From: a virus | Lineage: Duplodnaviria; Caudoviricetes | Direction: 5' to 3' (one strand) | IMG/VR virus record: IMGVR_UViG_2700988807_000001 | Span: 1-64,000 of that record | Length of the DNA stretch: 64,000 nucleotides | The notes under the pieces: model-generated | The model's input: only the letters and a program-made list of their open reading frames with translations | What the model was told of the DNA's origin: nothing | Database searches by the model: none | Made by a program: the position numbers and the translations under genes | Shown here: positions 1 to 10,336 of the stretch, piece after piece | How positions within the stretch are numbered: the stretch's first letter is position 1 | How the letters are laid out: each line of letters starts with the position of its first letter

Positions 1-114
1 CCTTATTTTTCCTCCGGGGGGATTTTTGGGCGAAGCAATCCGGTCCCGGGCCGGCTGTGGGCCGCTTTGAAACACAGTCGTAAGTACTTCAAACCTGCTT
101 GAAAGGATTCCGGC

Positions 115-1743
115 ATGCCGACAATCAAGAACAGACGAGCTTCAAAGTCTCAGTGGGCTGCCAGAAACTCAGTGCTTGCTACTGGTGAGATGGGCGTCGA
201 AATCGACACCAACAAGTTCAAGATCGGTAACGGTGTCTCAGCTTGGAACGACCTTCCGTATTTCGTCGACGAGACTGCGATCAACAACAAGAGTTCGTTG
301 ACAGTCAACATGGAAGACGTCGTCGGCTTCAACGATGGCGTGACTGATCAAGGGCCGGCGCTTCTCACCGCCATTGCGTCTCTTCCCGTGAAGCCCAATG
401 CCTTTGGTGCGGTCGGCACTGTTTACTTTCCCGCTGGCAACTGGGTCATCTCGGGTTCATTCTCCAACAGTGAAGCCAAGCGGTTCAACATCGTTGGCGA
501 AGGCGCCATGGTCACCACGATCAAGCGTCCTTCGGGTCAGGACAACACCGACCTCTTCACTCTGAACGCCAAGCACACTTTCATTAGCGGAGTCACCATC
601 GAGGGTGGTCGATACCAAGGCAACACCGGTGACTCGGTTGTGCTCAATGGTGCCTACACTCGATTCGAGCGATCGGTCATCACCAAGTCTGGTGGTAACG
701 GGTTGACCATCGGCAAGGCCGGCGCCGCTATCGTTCACACTCTGCACTCTTTGCTCTTCCGCGAGAATGCTAAGTATGGAATCCACACCGTTGCGTCGAG
801 TGGCTCCACCGATGGTATGTGGTCCGACGTCGAGGTTGGCAACAGCGGTCTCTCCGGGGTCCGACTCAGTACTGGCGCTCAGAACATCTCGAACCTTCAT
901 GTCTGGGGTTCAGGACTTGAGTCGACAGCCGACCGAGACGGCATCTGGTTGGAGTCCGGTTCGAACCAGCTGACCAACTGGCAGTCCGAGAAGAATCTCG
1001 GTCGAGGCGTTCGTATCACAAGCGATAGTAATGTGTTGACTGGTGGTCGTGCTTGGGGCAACTGCCTCGGTGCGGTCTACCTTCTCTCGGCAAACTACAA
1101 CATGGTTGCCAACAACATTTTCTGTCGCAACTCGGTGAACAACACTTCGGGTTCGACATCGACTTCGTTCGCGGTCGTGTTCCTCGATGGCGCTTCGACT
1201 CGCAACTCTTTCGGAAACAACAACTTCTGGGATACGGCGACAGAGATGCCGGCTGGCACTTACGTCACTCAGCCGACTTATCCTTACCCGGGCCGAACCG
1301 CCGTTCGAACTCATGCGCTCTTGTACGCCGAAGCCGGTACCTCCGACTACAACGTGCTCGTTGCCAATGATGTTCCTCGCGAGTTGACTCGCCTTGGGTC
1401 TTCGGTTCTCCCTTACGTTATTGTCGGCAACAACGATCTGATCGAGAACAACAACTGGGGCTCTACCATAGTTCCGGATCGATCTGTTGTCAGTGGAGCT
1501 GTTCGTGTTCCCGCCGACTCCAACGTTATTACAGTCTCCGCTTCGACCGAGATCACTTCTGTGCTCGGTCATCGCAGAGGTCGAGAGATCACAATCATCT
1601 TCACCGCTGCAACCCCAGGAGTCGTTCGAGACAACGGCACAACACTCAACCTTGCTGGTGATTTTACACCGTCCAAGGGTGGGACGTTGCAGTTGGTCTC
1701 CGACGGAACGAACTGGTATGAGACTGGAAGGTCGACAAACTAA
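115..1743 (+). CDS. Tailspike/receptor-binding protein: Mtd-N-like anchor plus pectate-lyase-like beta-helix (putative depolymerase)
   Basis: N-term MPTIKNRRA..W...N.VLA.GE.G.EIDTNKFKIGNG; GTVYFPAGNW motif and many parallel beta-helix repeats (Asn/Gly-rich 'GNSGLSGVRL', 'KNLGRGVRI'). Confidence 0.75.
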   Translation: MPTIKNRRASKSQWAARNSVLATGEMGVEIDTNKFKIGNGVSAWNDLPYFVDETAINNKSSLTVNMEDVVGFNDGVTDQGPALLTAIASLPVKPNAFGAVGTVYFPAGNWVISGSFSNSEAKRFNIVGEGAMVTTIKRPSGQDNTDLFTLNAKHTFISGVTIEGGRYQGNTGDSVVLNGAYTRFERSVITKSGGNGLTIGKAGAAIVHTLHSLLFRENAKYGIHTVASSGSTDGMWSDVEVGNSGLSGVRLSTGAQNISNLHVWGSGLESTADRDGIWLESGSNQLTNWQSEKNLGRGVRITSDSNVLTGGRAWGNCLGAVYLLSANYNMVANNIFCRNSVNNTSGSTSTSFAVVFLDGASTRNSFGNNNFWDTATEMPAGTYVTQPTYPYPGRTAVRTHALLYAEAGTSDYNVLVANDVPRELTRLGSSVLPYVIVGNNDLIENNNWGSTIVPDRSVVSGAVRVPADSNVITVSASTEITSVLGHRRGREITIIFTAATPGVVRDNGTTLNLAGDFTPSKGGTLQLVSDGTNWYETGRSTN

Positions 1744-1787
1744 CCAATCTCTTTCATCTGCAACCGCTACACAAGAGAGTCGGGGTC

Positions 1788-3533
1788 ATGCCAACAATCA
1801 AGAACAGACGAGCCTCTGGAATTACATGGGCGACAATCAATCCTGTCTTGGCTGCGGGTGAGATTGGTTTAGAGATCGACACCACCAAGTTCAAGATCGG
1901 TAACGGTCTGTCCCGGTGGAGCGAACTCAAGTATTTCGTAACAGAAGATGGCCTCGACGAACTCTACGTTCGAGACGATGCGCTCAACGCTGCAGTCGCC
2001 GAGATCATCGCTGCCGATTCGACGGTGGTGGATGCTGCCGAACAGGCCGTCGCTGCTGAACTTGCGAACGCCGGTGTCCTCACCAAGTCCGATGCCAGTC
2101 AAGGCTTCGTGCTCGAGCAGTTCGACAACGATGCCGGCGCCGCATTTTCGATCACCGACTCCGAGGGTCGACGATCCTGGATCGAGATCGGCAAGGATGG
2201 CAAGCCGACTCCTCACGCCGTCTCTCTTCTGAAGACGGTCCTCGGAATCACCGAAGGAGCTGGCGTCAACTACGTCGAGATCAAGGAAGGTTACGGTGTA
2301 GCCCTCTCGGTCGTCGACAAGGATGATCGTCGCTCCTGGATTGAGATCGGTCTGGACGGAAAGCCGACGGATCACACAGTCGCTCTTCTCACCACCGCTT
2401 TGGGTGTCGAGAATGTCGGTGCGATCAATGAGTCGACGCCTATCGAGGTCGGAAACTACAACATCGAGGTCCGCCCGAATGGTGATGGCACTTCGAAGTT
2501 GCTCTCCAGCGATCGAGACACTGGTGTGCTCACGCTCATTCGTGAAGGACTCGTTCTCGATCCTCGACCTCTCGACGACACTTCGTTTGCCTACCGGTAC
2601 CGCGAAACTTCTGCTGATCCGTGGCAGTCGTTCTTTGCTCCCGCTGCCGGAGGTCAATCGAACCTCATGATTCCGTGGTACCAGTGGGTGGCTTGGGGCG
2701 ACAGCCTCACTTATTCTTCTGGTGCTCAGTGGGAGAAGGAGATCGAGCGTCTTCTCGGCATTCGAGTTGTCGATCGTGGTGTGTCCGGTGAACGAGCCGA
2801 AGCCATCGCATATCGTCAGGGTGGTCTTACCGCTCAGGTGACTGTCGTCGGTGGAAGCATTCCTGCCTCAGGTACCGTCGAGATCACCATTGCCGGGACT
2901 CCGTTCCGACCAAACCAGTATGAGAGCGCTGGAGCCCATCGTGGATCTCTGGCTGGCGTGCATGGCGAAATTCTGCCTCGCGCCGTCGACACCGATCCGA
3001 TGCTGTTTCAGCGAACCACCCCTGGCGATGCGGTTTCGGTTTCCGGGGCGACTCCCTGGGTTTCCGATGACGCTGAGACCTATCGAGACTGGGGCAACAT
3101 CATCTGGGTTGGTCGAAACTCTCTGGCTACCGATGTTTCCAAGACTGATCCGGCGAACTCGGCTGCTGCTAGATCTGTTGCAGCTATGGTCGCCAACATC
3201 AAGTCTCGAACCAAGCGCTTCATCATTTTCCCAGTCACAAATGGTTTGAACGAGGGTACCGGAACCGACACTTACGATCGGGTTCGAGCTCACGAAGACT
3301 ATCTGGCGGCAACTTATCCCGACAACTTCCTCAACATCCGTCGGGCACTGATCGACGATGGTCTTGAGATGGCTGGCATCACGCCGACTGCTCAGGATCT
3401 TGCGGATGTCGCAGCAGACACCATTCCGGCGTCTCTGCGCTCCGACTACATTCACCACACGACCGCGGCTTACGTCAAGGTCATCGCTCCGACGGTTGCT
3501 GACTTCATCACTGCGAAAGGCTGGACCCCATGA
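1788..3533 (+). CDS. Tail-associated protein: Mtd-N-like anchor plus SGNH/GDSL esterase domain
   Basis: Same N-terminal anchor; SGNH blocks WGDSLT, RGVSGE, WVGRN, DYIH. Confidence 0.75.
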   Translation: MPTIKNRRASGITWATINPVLAAGEIGLEIDTTKFKIGNGLSRWSELKYFVTEDGLDELYVRDDALNAAVAEIIAADSTVVDAAEQAVAAELANAGVLTKSDASQGFVLEQFDNDAGAAFSITDSEGRRSWIEIGKDGKPTPHAVSLLKTVLGITEGAGVNYVEIKEGYGVALSVVDKDDRRSWIEIGLDGKPTDHTVALLTTALGVENVGAINESTPIEVGNYNIEVRPNGDGTSKLLSSDRDTGVLTLIREGLVLDPRPLDDTSFAYRYRETSADPWQSFFAPAAGGQSNLMIPWYQWVAWGDSLTYSSGAQWEKEIERLLGIRVVDRGVSGERAEAIAYRQGGLTAQVTVVGGSIPASGTVEITIAGTPFRPNQYESAGAHRGSLAGVHGEILPRAVDTDPMLFQRTTPGDAVSVSGATPWVSDDAETYRDWGNIIWVGRNSLATDVSKTDPANSAAARSVAAMVANIKSRTKRFIIFPVTNGLNEGTGTDTYDRVRAHEDYLAATYPDNFLNIRRALIDDGLEMAGITPTAQDLADVAADTIPASLRSDYIHHTTAAYVKVIAPTVADFITAKGWTP

Positions 3534-4390
3534 CCGCCCTGAAGCTCACTGTTCCACTGGCGTTCTCGGACACCTCCCTTCCGATTCTGAAGTCGGACCC
3601 AATGTTGAATGCTGGTTCGCTGGCGCTCTTCGAACCGATGCATCCCATCGAACAGTGGGCTGCTGGTGTTCCCGGATCTGGCGCAACCATCAAGAATCTT
3701 GCGTCGAAGTTCGCTACTCCTCTGTTGGGTTCGACCATCGACGGCACGTTCATCAACGGTGGCTTCACCGATGCGACGTCCGGCAAGATCGAACGGACCG
3801 CCAAGGGTGGCGTTCACGGAATCGTCAGCCAGGCAAAGGATGCTGGTCCACATACCTCCACGGCTGCGGGTCTCACTCTGCCGACAGCGTTGTGGGATTA
3901 CGTGGCAGCTCATCCGACCAACGACTACTACATGTCGTTCTGGGCTCAAACCACTCGTGGCGCAGTGTCCGGAAAGTTCCCGGTCATGGCGATCCTTTCC
4001 GAGGGAAGTACCACAGCCAACTACCTGTATGTGGTTCAGAACTCGACTCGTCCGTCGGCGACCAACGACGCCGCATCGTTCATCGGTGGTCGAGGCAACA
4101 TCAATGATCCGGGCCCGATCGTTCGAAACGTCGGTGTGAGTCAGGTCAGCGGCGTCATGAACCCCTCCGCAACCACGAAGTCTCGCGAGTTCGGTTGGGG
4201 TCGTTACCGAGGAAGCTCTTCGGGTCACTTCTCCTGGATCTTCTACCGCTTCTACATGGAGGATCTCACGGTCTCGGGTCGAACCTACGCCCAGGCCGAT
4301 GCAGCCGACTTGACTCTCAAGGGTCAGGCCTTCGGTGCCGGCGGTCGTTACGCTAACGACACCTTCACCGATCCCGCCACGATCCCCTGA
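3530..4390 (+). CDS. Hypothetical virion-associated protein (beta-rich, possibly lectin-like)
   Basis: 286-aa ORF coupled (ATGA overlap) to the SGNH tail gene. Confidence 0.55.
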   Translation: MTALKLTVPLAFSDTSLPILKSDPMLNAGSLALFEPMHPIEQWAAGVPGSGATIKNLASKFATPLLGSTIDGTFINGGFTDATSGKIERTAKGGVHGIVSQAKDAGPHTSTAAGLTLPTALWDYVAAHPTNDYYMSFWAQTTRGAVSGKFPVMAILSEGSTTANYLYVVQNSTRPSATNDAASFIGGRGNINDPGPIVRNVGVSQVSGVMNPSATTKSREFGWGRYRGSSSGHFSWIFYRFYMEDLTVSGRTYAQADAADLTLKGQAFGAGGRYANDTFTDPATIP

Positions 4391-4448
4391 TAGACAACCG
4401 TCAAAATGGTAGTTCACTAACAAGCTAACGATAGAGAAGGTCGGGGAC

Positions 4449-5327
4449 ATGCCTACCATCAAGAACAGACGAGCACCAAAGTCTCAATGGTCCGCCGCCA
4501 ATCCTGTCTTGGCTGCTGGTGAGATCGGCTACGAGATCGACACGAACAAGCTCAAGGTCGGAGATGGAGTCAAGACTTGGGAACAACTTACCTACTTCGT
4601 AGATGAGAACGCGCTCAAGAACAACTTCACTCCGGCTTTGGCTCCGGGTTGGTCTCAGCGGTGGTTCGGTGGAGCGATTCGCAACCTGGGTTCTGCTGGT
4701 GGTTACTGGCAGCCCATCGATGACGGAGCTCACTGGCCTTTCGGGATGCCGAGTGTCGTCACCACTACCGTCGGAATCGAGGTCAACTACGACTTCGAAG
4801 CTGCCGGTATCGGAACCGTCATCGTCTCTCCCGATGAGACTCTCTCGACTCAGGGTTGGTCTGCCGGCGCTTCAGTCGAGAAGAACAAAGCCACCCTCAA
4901 GATCGGTCGCAACAAGACAATCGCTGATCGTTTGACATGGAATGGGACCTCTTGGGTCTCTCTCTATGGTGTGGCGAGTGTCTCGTGGGATACTTCCGGC
5001 GGTGGCCAGATGATCGTCTCTCACGAGAAGATGCTTGGACAGTCTTACTCCGTGTCGGCTGCCGGTGGCGTTGTTGACGCTGTACTGTCGACTTCCGGCC
5101 CTAACGATCCGGGAACTAAGACTCACATTCAGCTCTTCGACAAGACGACCAACGCTCAGATCACCACAAATGCGGCGGTTCCTAACAACACGAGAGTCTA
5201 CATCTCTCGAACGGATGCGTTCGCCAACGGTTCGATCAACCCTCAGTCTGCTCCTGATCAGACGGAGCTTCCGAACTCCAACCTCTGGATCTTTGGCGTT
5301 CATCATACCGCTCCTCGGCCCAACTAG
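4449..5327 (+). CDS. Tail fibre-like protein with Mtd-N-like anchor
   Basis: Shared MPTIKNRRAPKSQWSAANPVLAAGEIGYEIDTNK anchor; unrelated beta-rich C-terminus. Confidence 0.7.
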   Translation: MPTIKNRRAPKSQWSAANPVLAAGEIGYEIDTNKLKVGDGVKTWEQLTYFVDENALKNNFTPALAPGWSQRWFGGAIRNLGSAGGYWQPIDDGAHWPFGMPSVVTTTVGIEVNYDFEAAGIGTVIVSPDETLSTQGWSAGASVEKNKATLKIGRNKTIADRLTWNGTSWVSLYGVASVSWDTSGGGQMIVSHEKMLGQSYSVSAAGGVVDAVLSTSGPNDPGTKTHIQLFDKTTNAQITTNAAVPNNTRVYISRTDAFANGSINPQSAPDQTELPNSNLWIFGVHHTAPRPN

Positions 5328-5342
5328 AGAAAGAGAATCGTC

Positions 5343-6959
5343 ATGCCGACAATCAAGAATAGGCGAGCGCCGGCATCTCAATGGGCTGCCTCAAACCCTG
5401 TGTTGGCCTCTGGGGAGATCGGCATTGAGCTAGATACCAACAAGTTTAAGGTCGGTAATGGCGTCAATGCTTGGGGTACTCTACCTTATTTTGTTGATGA
5501 ACTTGCGATTCGAGCTCTTGCTCCGACGTCCTTCATGGATAATCGTGACAAGGCTTTGCTCGTCGGATCGTCCACCATGGCCGGAATGGGTACGCGCCTT
5601 CAAGCGGCCTTGACCAGTCGAGGTGTTGAAGGTACTTTCAATCGAACTGCGGTCGGTTCTTGGCAGGCCTCGCACATCTCTGCGGCTGTTGGCACCCGAC
5701 CTCTCGTCGCAGAGACGTTCGTTATTCCGGCCAGTGGTCCGGTAACGGTGAAGCCGATCAATCAGACCGAAGGCAACAACACCGTCGCGGGTGTCACGTT
5801 CCCTGGTTGGTTTGGTGACGTCATCGGAATGCTGTCTTCCCCGGCGAATCAGTCTGAGTGGACATTCACTCGCGATGCTCCGGGTCAGGAAGTCACGATT
5901 CCGGAAGGAACTCCGTTCCGGCCGAGCGTTCCATCTGGTCGACGACGTGGACTTGTTCTTCTCAACTTCGGAAAGAATTCACTTACCACAACCGTGACTG
6001 GTTGGGATGTTGCACAGCTGATTGCTCAGACCGAGACGATCGACTCGTACTTTGGCGGTCCGGACGGACGAGTTCTGGTGATTGGACACTTCGTCAACAC
6101 CACGACTCCGGCATCGTCGACGACTCGTGACAAGACTAAAGCATACAACGATTACTGTCGACAGAAGTTCGGTGATCGATTCTTCGATCTTGGCGCCTAT
6201 CTTACCGGCACTCAGGTTTGGGCTGACACGGGCATCACACCCACTTCCGAAGACACTGCCGAGCAGGCTCTCGGAAACAAGCCGCCATCTCTATCTGGAG
6301 ACAATGGGCATCTCAATGCTTCTGGCTATGACGCCGCCGTTAAGGCGATCATGGCGAGAGTGGACGCTCTGAAGTGGACGCCTCCGCCTCCTCCGCCTTC
6401 ATGGGTAGTCAAAGCTACTGACGACTTCAATGCATCTGACGGTCTTTTGACTGGTCGTGTTTTGCCGACGGGTGGGCTCACCTGGAAGACGCTTGGTTCC
6501 GGAACAAGTCTGAGTATCGTCGGCAATCGAGTCGCGACAACCAGTGGTGTACAGAAGTCCGTCGTGTCTACCGGTTCTGTTGACGGTCGAGTTTCGTTTA
6601 CGATCACTTCTCTCGGGTCCGATCCAGCAACAAAGTCGGCTCGTCTCCTGGTTCGAGCGAAAGATCAAAGCACGTACTACTTCGCAGCGCCGCGAGTCAG
6701 CAATGTGTCCGATGGTCTGTCCATCTGGAAGAATGTCGCCGGAACTCAAACGGCTCTTAAGAGTCACACTTCTTATGTTCCTGTCGTCGGCGACGAGATG
6801 GAGTTCGAAGTGGATGGTTCGACGCTTCGTTTGTTCGTCAACGGGGTCGAAAGGTTGGTTGCCACGGACAACGAACTTACAACCGGCGACTTTGGTCTTG
6901 AGCTCGGAAGTACTCAGACCACGTTCGACAATTTCAAGGTTTCGACTAAGGCTGCTTAA
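5343..6959 (+). CDS. Tail protein: Mtd-N-like anchor plus SGNH-like esterase plus C-terminal ConA/lectin-like domain
   Basis: Anchor; LVGSSTM, NFGKNS, DNGHLN SGNH-like blocks; poly-Pro linker, then beta-sandwich ending FDNFKV. Confidence 0.7.
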   Translation: MPTIKNRRAPASQWAASNPVLASGEIGIELDTNKFKVGNGVNAWGTLPYFVDELAIRALAPTSFMDNRDKALLVGSSTMAGMGTRLQAALTSRGVEGTFNRTAVGSWQASHISAAVGTRPLVAETFVIPASGPVTVKPINQTEGNNTVAGVTFPGWFGDVIGMLSSPANQSEWTFTRDAPGQEVTIPEGTPFRPSVPSGRRRGLVLLNFGKNSLTTTVTGWDVAQLIAQTETIDSYFGGPDGRVLVIGHFVNTTTPASSTTRDKTKAYNDYCRQKFGDRFFDLGAYLTGTQVWADTGITPTSEDTAEQALGNKPPSLSGDNGHLNASGYDAAVKAIMARVDALKWTPPPPPPSWVVKATDDFNASDGLLTGRVLPTGGLTWKTLGSGTSLSIVGNRVATTSGVQKSVVSTGSVDGRVSFTITSLGSDPATKSARLLVRAKDQSTYYFAAPRVSNVSDGLSIWKNVAGTQTALKSHTSYVPVVGDEMEFEVDGSTLRLFVNGVERLVATDNELTTGDFGLELGSTQTTFDNFKVSTKAA

Positions 6960-6968
6960 ACACGGCCT

Positions 6969-6981
6969 TCAAAATGGGAGT
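6969..6981 (+). repeat. TCAAAATGGGAGT motif (representative copy; exact copies also at 10302, 17320, 19378, 25947, 29858)
   Basis: Six exact same-strand 13-mers, plus near copies at 4401, 13140 and 45465. Confidence 0.75.
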
Positions 6982-7018
6982 TACTGCTCGTTCCCCCACA
7001 CTATACTAGGAGACAAAG

Positions 7019-7321
7019 ATGGAACTTATGCTTGGTGCTATTCTCTTGCTGATCGCGGCTACGTGGCCGCAAGCTCCATCAGCTCTTCGGTTCTTGTGGG
7101 GGAGCGTCCAGGGCTTGTTTGCTACTCGTTATGTAGTAATCAAGTACCATCACACTGCTGATCGATTCGCAACCCACGGGGGAAAGCGTTTTCGGACGAT
7201 GTTCTGGGCTATGCGACACAATCGGCGAATGAACAATCTGTACACCGCTTCTCGGGTGAAGTTTCATGTTCCCGAGATCGAATACTTCTACACAGTGAAG
7301 CCGTTGGTTGCGTTAACTTAG
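7019..7321 (+). CDS. Hypothetical protein with N-terminal hydrophobic segment
   Basis: 100-aa ORF with AGGAG RBS upstream. Confidence 0.55.
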   Translation: MELMLGAILLLIAATWPQAPSALRFLWGSVQGLFATRYVVIKYHHTADRFATHGGKRFRTMFWAMRHNRRMNNLYTASRVKFHVPEIEYFYTVKPLVALT

Positions 7322-7337
7322 ACGAAAGATCAGTGCC

Positions 7338-8183
7338 ATGCCGACAATCAGACACCGCCGAGCTTCGAAAGCTCAGTGGGAATCGCAGAATCCAGTGCTC
7401 GCCTCCGGCGAAATCGGATACGAGATTGGAACCAACAAACTCAAGGTTGGTGATGGTCTAACTGCTTGGAAAGATCTCACCTACTTCATTGATGAGGCGT
7501 TTGTTCGTAGTTTGATCGGGTCGGGTGGCGGCGGAGGCGGTGGAGCTTCTATCGATGATGCTTCTGTCGATGCTCTTGACAAGGCTTGGTCGGCAAACAA
7601 GCTTACCAAGTCTTTACAAGGCTATACATTGAGCATGACAACCGGCGAGATCAAAAACATTCAGACCAATGAGCCCGCCACGTTCGCAGATCTCAACGGT
7701 TTGTCCATGGCGGCGGCTTATGCTTACGCCTATGGTATGGAAGCCTACAACAAAGCTTCCCTTCTCAAGGTTATGACGACAGAAACCAAACAAGTCTATC
7801 CCGGTCCGCTGGCTGTTGGGACCAGCCCAGAACAGTATGGGTTCCACAGGATTCCGACTCGCATGGGTGATCTCAACTACATCTATCCGTACATGGTTTG
7901 TTTGGATACGCCATCCACCAGCGGCGACGTGGTTTTTCAGCTCTCCTTTGAGCATCACAGCGGGACTGTTTGGTCTACTGCTCCAATTACGATTCCTCAG
8001 GGTAAGACCTTTTTCGAGATCAATCGGAGTGCTGACGACCAGCTAAATTCCGTTATGATCGAAAAGGGTGCGAATGGGGATGACGTCGGAGTTCATTCTT
8101 GTCGAGCCAACATCACTCAGGCTGGGACTGGAGCCACGGGTTTGACCGTATCCATTATTCGTTCGAGTAAGCCTATTTCGTAA
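7338..8183 (+). CDS. Tail fibre-like protein with Mtd-N-like anchor
   Basis: MPTIRHRRASKAQWESQNPVLASGEIGYEIGTNK anchor, Gly linker, unrelated C-terminus. Confidence 0.7.
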   Translation: MPTIRHRRASKAQWESQNPVLASGEIGYEIGTNKLKVGDGLTAWKDLTYFIDEAFVRSLIGSGGGGGGGASIDDASVDALDKAWSANKLTKSLQGYTLSMTTGEIKNIQTNEPATFADLNGLSMAAAYAYAYGMEAYNKASLLKVMTTETKQVYPGPLAVGTSPEQYGFHRIPTRMGDLNYIYPYMVCLDTPSTSGDVVFQLSFEHHSGTVWSTAPITIPQGKTFFEINRSADDQLNSVMIEKGANGDDVGVHSCRANITQAGTGATGLTVSIIRSSKPIS

Positions 8184-8194
8184 AGGAGGAACGT

Positions 8195-8551
8195 ATGGCA
8201 ACTCGCCGCAAGGCTGAACCAAAAGACCAGCCCGAACATCCGCGGCGTCGCCCAGCAACTACTCCCGAAGCTCGTGAAAACCAACTCATTTCTTTGGCTG
8301 TAGACCTAGCCGAGCGACAGCTCAAGGACGGAACCGCGTCCAGCCAGGTCATCACTCATTATTTGAAGGCGAGTTCCTCTCGGGAGAAGCTTGAGCAGGA
8401 ACGTCTTAGGAACGAAAACATCCTTCTCAAGGCCAAGGCTGAAGCTATTGCTTCGCAGAAGCGTATTGAAGAGATGTACGGCAAGGCTCTCGATGCCATG
8501 CGAAGTTATTCCGGACAGAGTCCGAACCAGGGGGACGACGATGAGGATTAG
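8195..8551 (+). CDS. Conserved hypothetical protein, possible terminase small subunit
   Basis: AAGGAGG RBS; helical 118-aa protein directly upstream of the HNH gene; function inferred from position only. Confidence 0.5.
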   Translation: MATRRKAEPKDQPEHPRRRPATTPEARENQLISLAVDLAERQLKDGTASSQVITHYLKASSSREKLEQERLRNENILLKAKAEAIASQKRIEEMYGKALDAMRSYSGQSPNQGDDDED

Positions 8552-8951
8552 ACGTTATTCTGAACTCAAACAGATTGACACCTTCATCGAGCGCTTCCGA
8601 TACCTGGCTCTTCCGGGCGATGTCGGCGCTTGCACCTTCGGGTTTGACCGACACATCAATCAAGCGTTCTACCGGTCCACCGAATGGCGTCAAATTCGAC
8701 ATCACGTGATTGCTCGAGATCTGGGGTGTGATCTTGGGATTGAGAATCGTGAAATCTACGACAAGATTCTGATTCATCACATGAATCCGATGAACGTCTC
8801 CGATATTACCGAAGGTAACTCGGCGATTATCGATCCTGAGTTCTTGATCTGCACGTCACACAAGACGCACAACGCCATCCACTTCGGTGACGAGAACCAA
8901 CTTCCGAAACCGATGGTCGAAAGACGGCCCGGAGACACTAAACTCTGGTAA
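8541..8951 (+). CDS. HNH endonuclease (packaging-associated type)
   Basis: ATG 8541; FY.S.EW...R..VI.RD.GCDLG...IHHMNP...LIC....HNAIH motif. Confidence 0.8.
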   Translation: MRIRRYSELKQIDTFIERFRYLALPGDVGACTFGFDRHINQAFYRSTEWRQIRHHVIARDLGCDLGIENREIYDKILIHHMNPMNVSDITEGNSAIIDPEFLICTSHKTHNAIHFGDENQLPKPMVERRPGDTKLW

Positions 8952-8960
8952 GGAGTGCTC

Positions 8961-9806
8961 GTGGCGTTTCAACCTAATCCGGGCCATCGAGGAGATCCGC
9001 TATTTTTGGTGGATGTTCTTCGTGCGTTCGGAGTCAAAGTCAAAGAGTTCGACGCTTGGCGTGATCGTGGCCAGGGAGATTTCTTCACCATTTGGGGCGT
9101 CATCGCCCATCATACCGGATCGAACAATGCGTCGGCGGCATCCATTGCTTACGGTCACGAGGGTCTGAAGGGACTTCTCTCTCAGATTCATCTGGATCGA
9201 AATGGTGTCGCCACCATCACCGGTGCGGGTATTGCTTGGCATGCCGGTGTTGGATCTTGGCCTGGAATTCAAACCAACAACGCAAACGCTGTGACGATCG
9301 GTGTCGAAGCGAACTCCGACGGTGTTTCGCCTTGGCCTCCAGAGATGCTGGATGCCTACCATCGGATCTGCGCAGCAATCTGTTGGTTCCTCGGCCACTC
9401 CTCTCTCCGAACTATCGGCCACAAAGAATGGGCCAAGGTTCAGGGGAAGTGGGATCCGGGCGGAATCGACATGGCTCAGTTCCGAGCCAAGGTTCAGTAC
9501 TACATCGACCATCCGCCGTTCATGCCGCCACCACAGCCCGTTACTGAAGCAGGAGAACCAATGGCTTTCTGGGACGATCAAGTACCGACAATTCTTTCGC
9601 CTGAGAAGAGTTTCCCTCGTCATGAATACTTGCAGCTCATCGACATGCACGCCTTCTTGGCGAACACGCAGTCGAAGCAGGTTCTTGATCAAATGAAGTT
9701 GGTTCGAGATGACAATCAGCGCATCCTGAACGAGATGCAGCTCATGCGAGATGACCTCTCTGAGTTGGCTACTGCCGTTCTCAGTGGCGTCAAGAAGGAC
9801 GGTTAA
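8961..9806 (+). CDS. Endolysin, N-acetylmuramoyl-L-alanine amidase (Amidase_2)
   Basis: Zn-amidase motifs HHTG, AWHAG, IGVE, GHKEW, KWDPG; GTG start after AAGGAG. Confidence 0.88.
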   Translation: MAFQPNPGHRGDPLFLVDVLRAFGVKVKEFDAWRDRGQGDFFTIWGVIAHHTGSNNASAASIAYGHEGLKGLLSQIHLDRNGVATITGAGIAWHAGVGSWPGIQTNNANAVTIGVEANSDGVSPWPPEMLDAYHRICAAICWFLGHSSLRTIGHKEWAKVQGKWDPGGIDMAQFRAKVQYYIDHPPFMPPPQPVTEAGEPMAFWDDQVPTILSPEKSFPRHEYLQLIDMHAFLANTQSKQVLDQMKLVRDDNQRILNEMQLMRDDLSELATAVLSGVKKDG

Positions 9807-9808
9807 CA

Positions 9809-10297
9809 ATGGCAACGAACGCAGGGGCATTGACCCTGATCAACGATCTGGTCGAAGAAGTCAAGGCTGGTGAGACTCCTCTGGCTCGTAAGGCCAACAC
9901 AGTCACCGCAGCTATCGGTACGGCTCTCACCATCATCCTCGGCGGAACTACTGCTTGGATCGAGTCGGGAACGAACATTCCGTCGTGGCTTCCCGGTCTG
10001 GTGTTTGTTGTCGGCATGTTGGCCACAACCTTCGGCGTCTCCAAGACAAAGAACGGCATGACCGCTTCTGTAGCCGACAAGCTGCATAGCGAGCTTGCTG
10101 CTCGAATTGATCTGAACCACATCCACGAACCCATCAACACTCGTGAGGCTGTTCTCCTGGCTTCTTCCGAGGCCGGCGAAGGTCTTGTTGGTGGGACACC
10201 CATCCTTGTGCAGAGTGAGGCCAAGGGAAAGCATCGCGCCGCAGAACTTCGCGATGAGGCCGACGCACTGATCGACCAGCACATCAACCAGTTGTAA
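9809..10297 (+). CDS. Putative holin
   Basis: Two transmembrane segments; immediately follows the endolysin. Confidence 0.6.
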   Translation: MATNAGALTLINDLVEEVKAGETPLARKANTVTAAIGTALTIILGGTTAWIESGTNIPSWLPGLVFVVGMLATTFGVSKTKNGMTASVADKLHSELAARIDLNHIHEPINTREAVLLASSEAGEGLVGGTPILVQSEAKGKHRAAELRDEADALIDQHINQL

Positions 10298-10336
10298 CTA
10301 GTCAAAATGGGAGTTTCAGAGAGGAGGTGACCCCAC

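Noticed and set aside
115-8183. Diversity-generating retroelement suggested by Mtd-like N-termini
   Set aside because: No reverse transcriptase and no TR/VR pair with adenine-specific differences seen; only the anchor domain is shared
8541-8951. HNH gene as a mobile homing element or intron
   Set aside because: It is free-standing, small and next to packaging genes, which fits a terminase-associated HNH; no interrupted host gene
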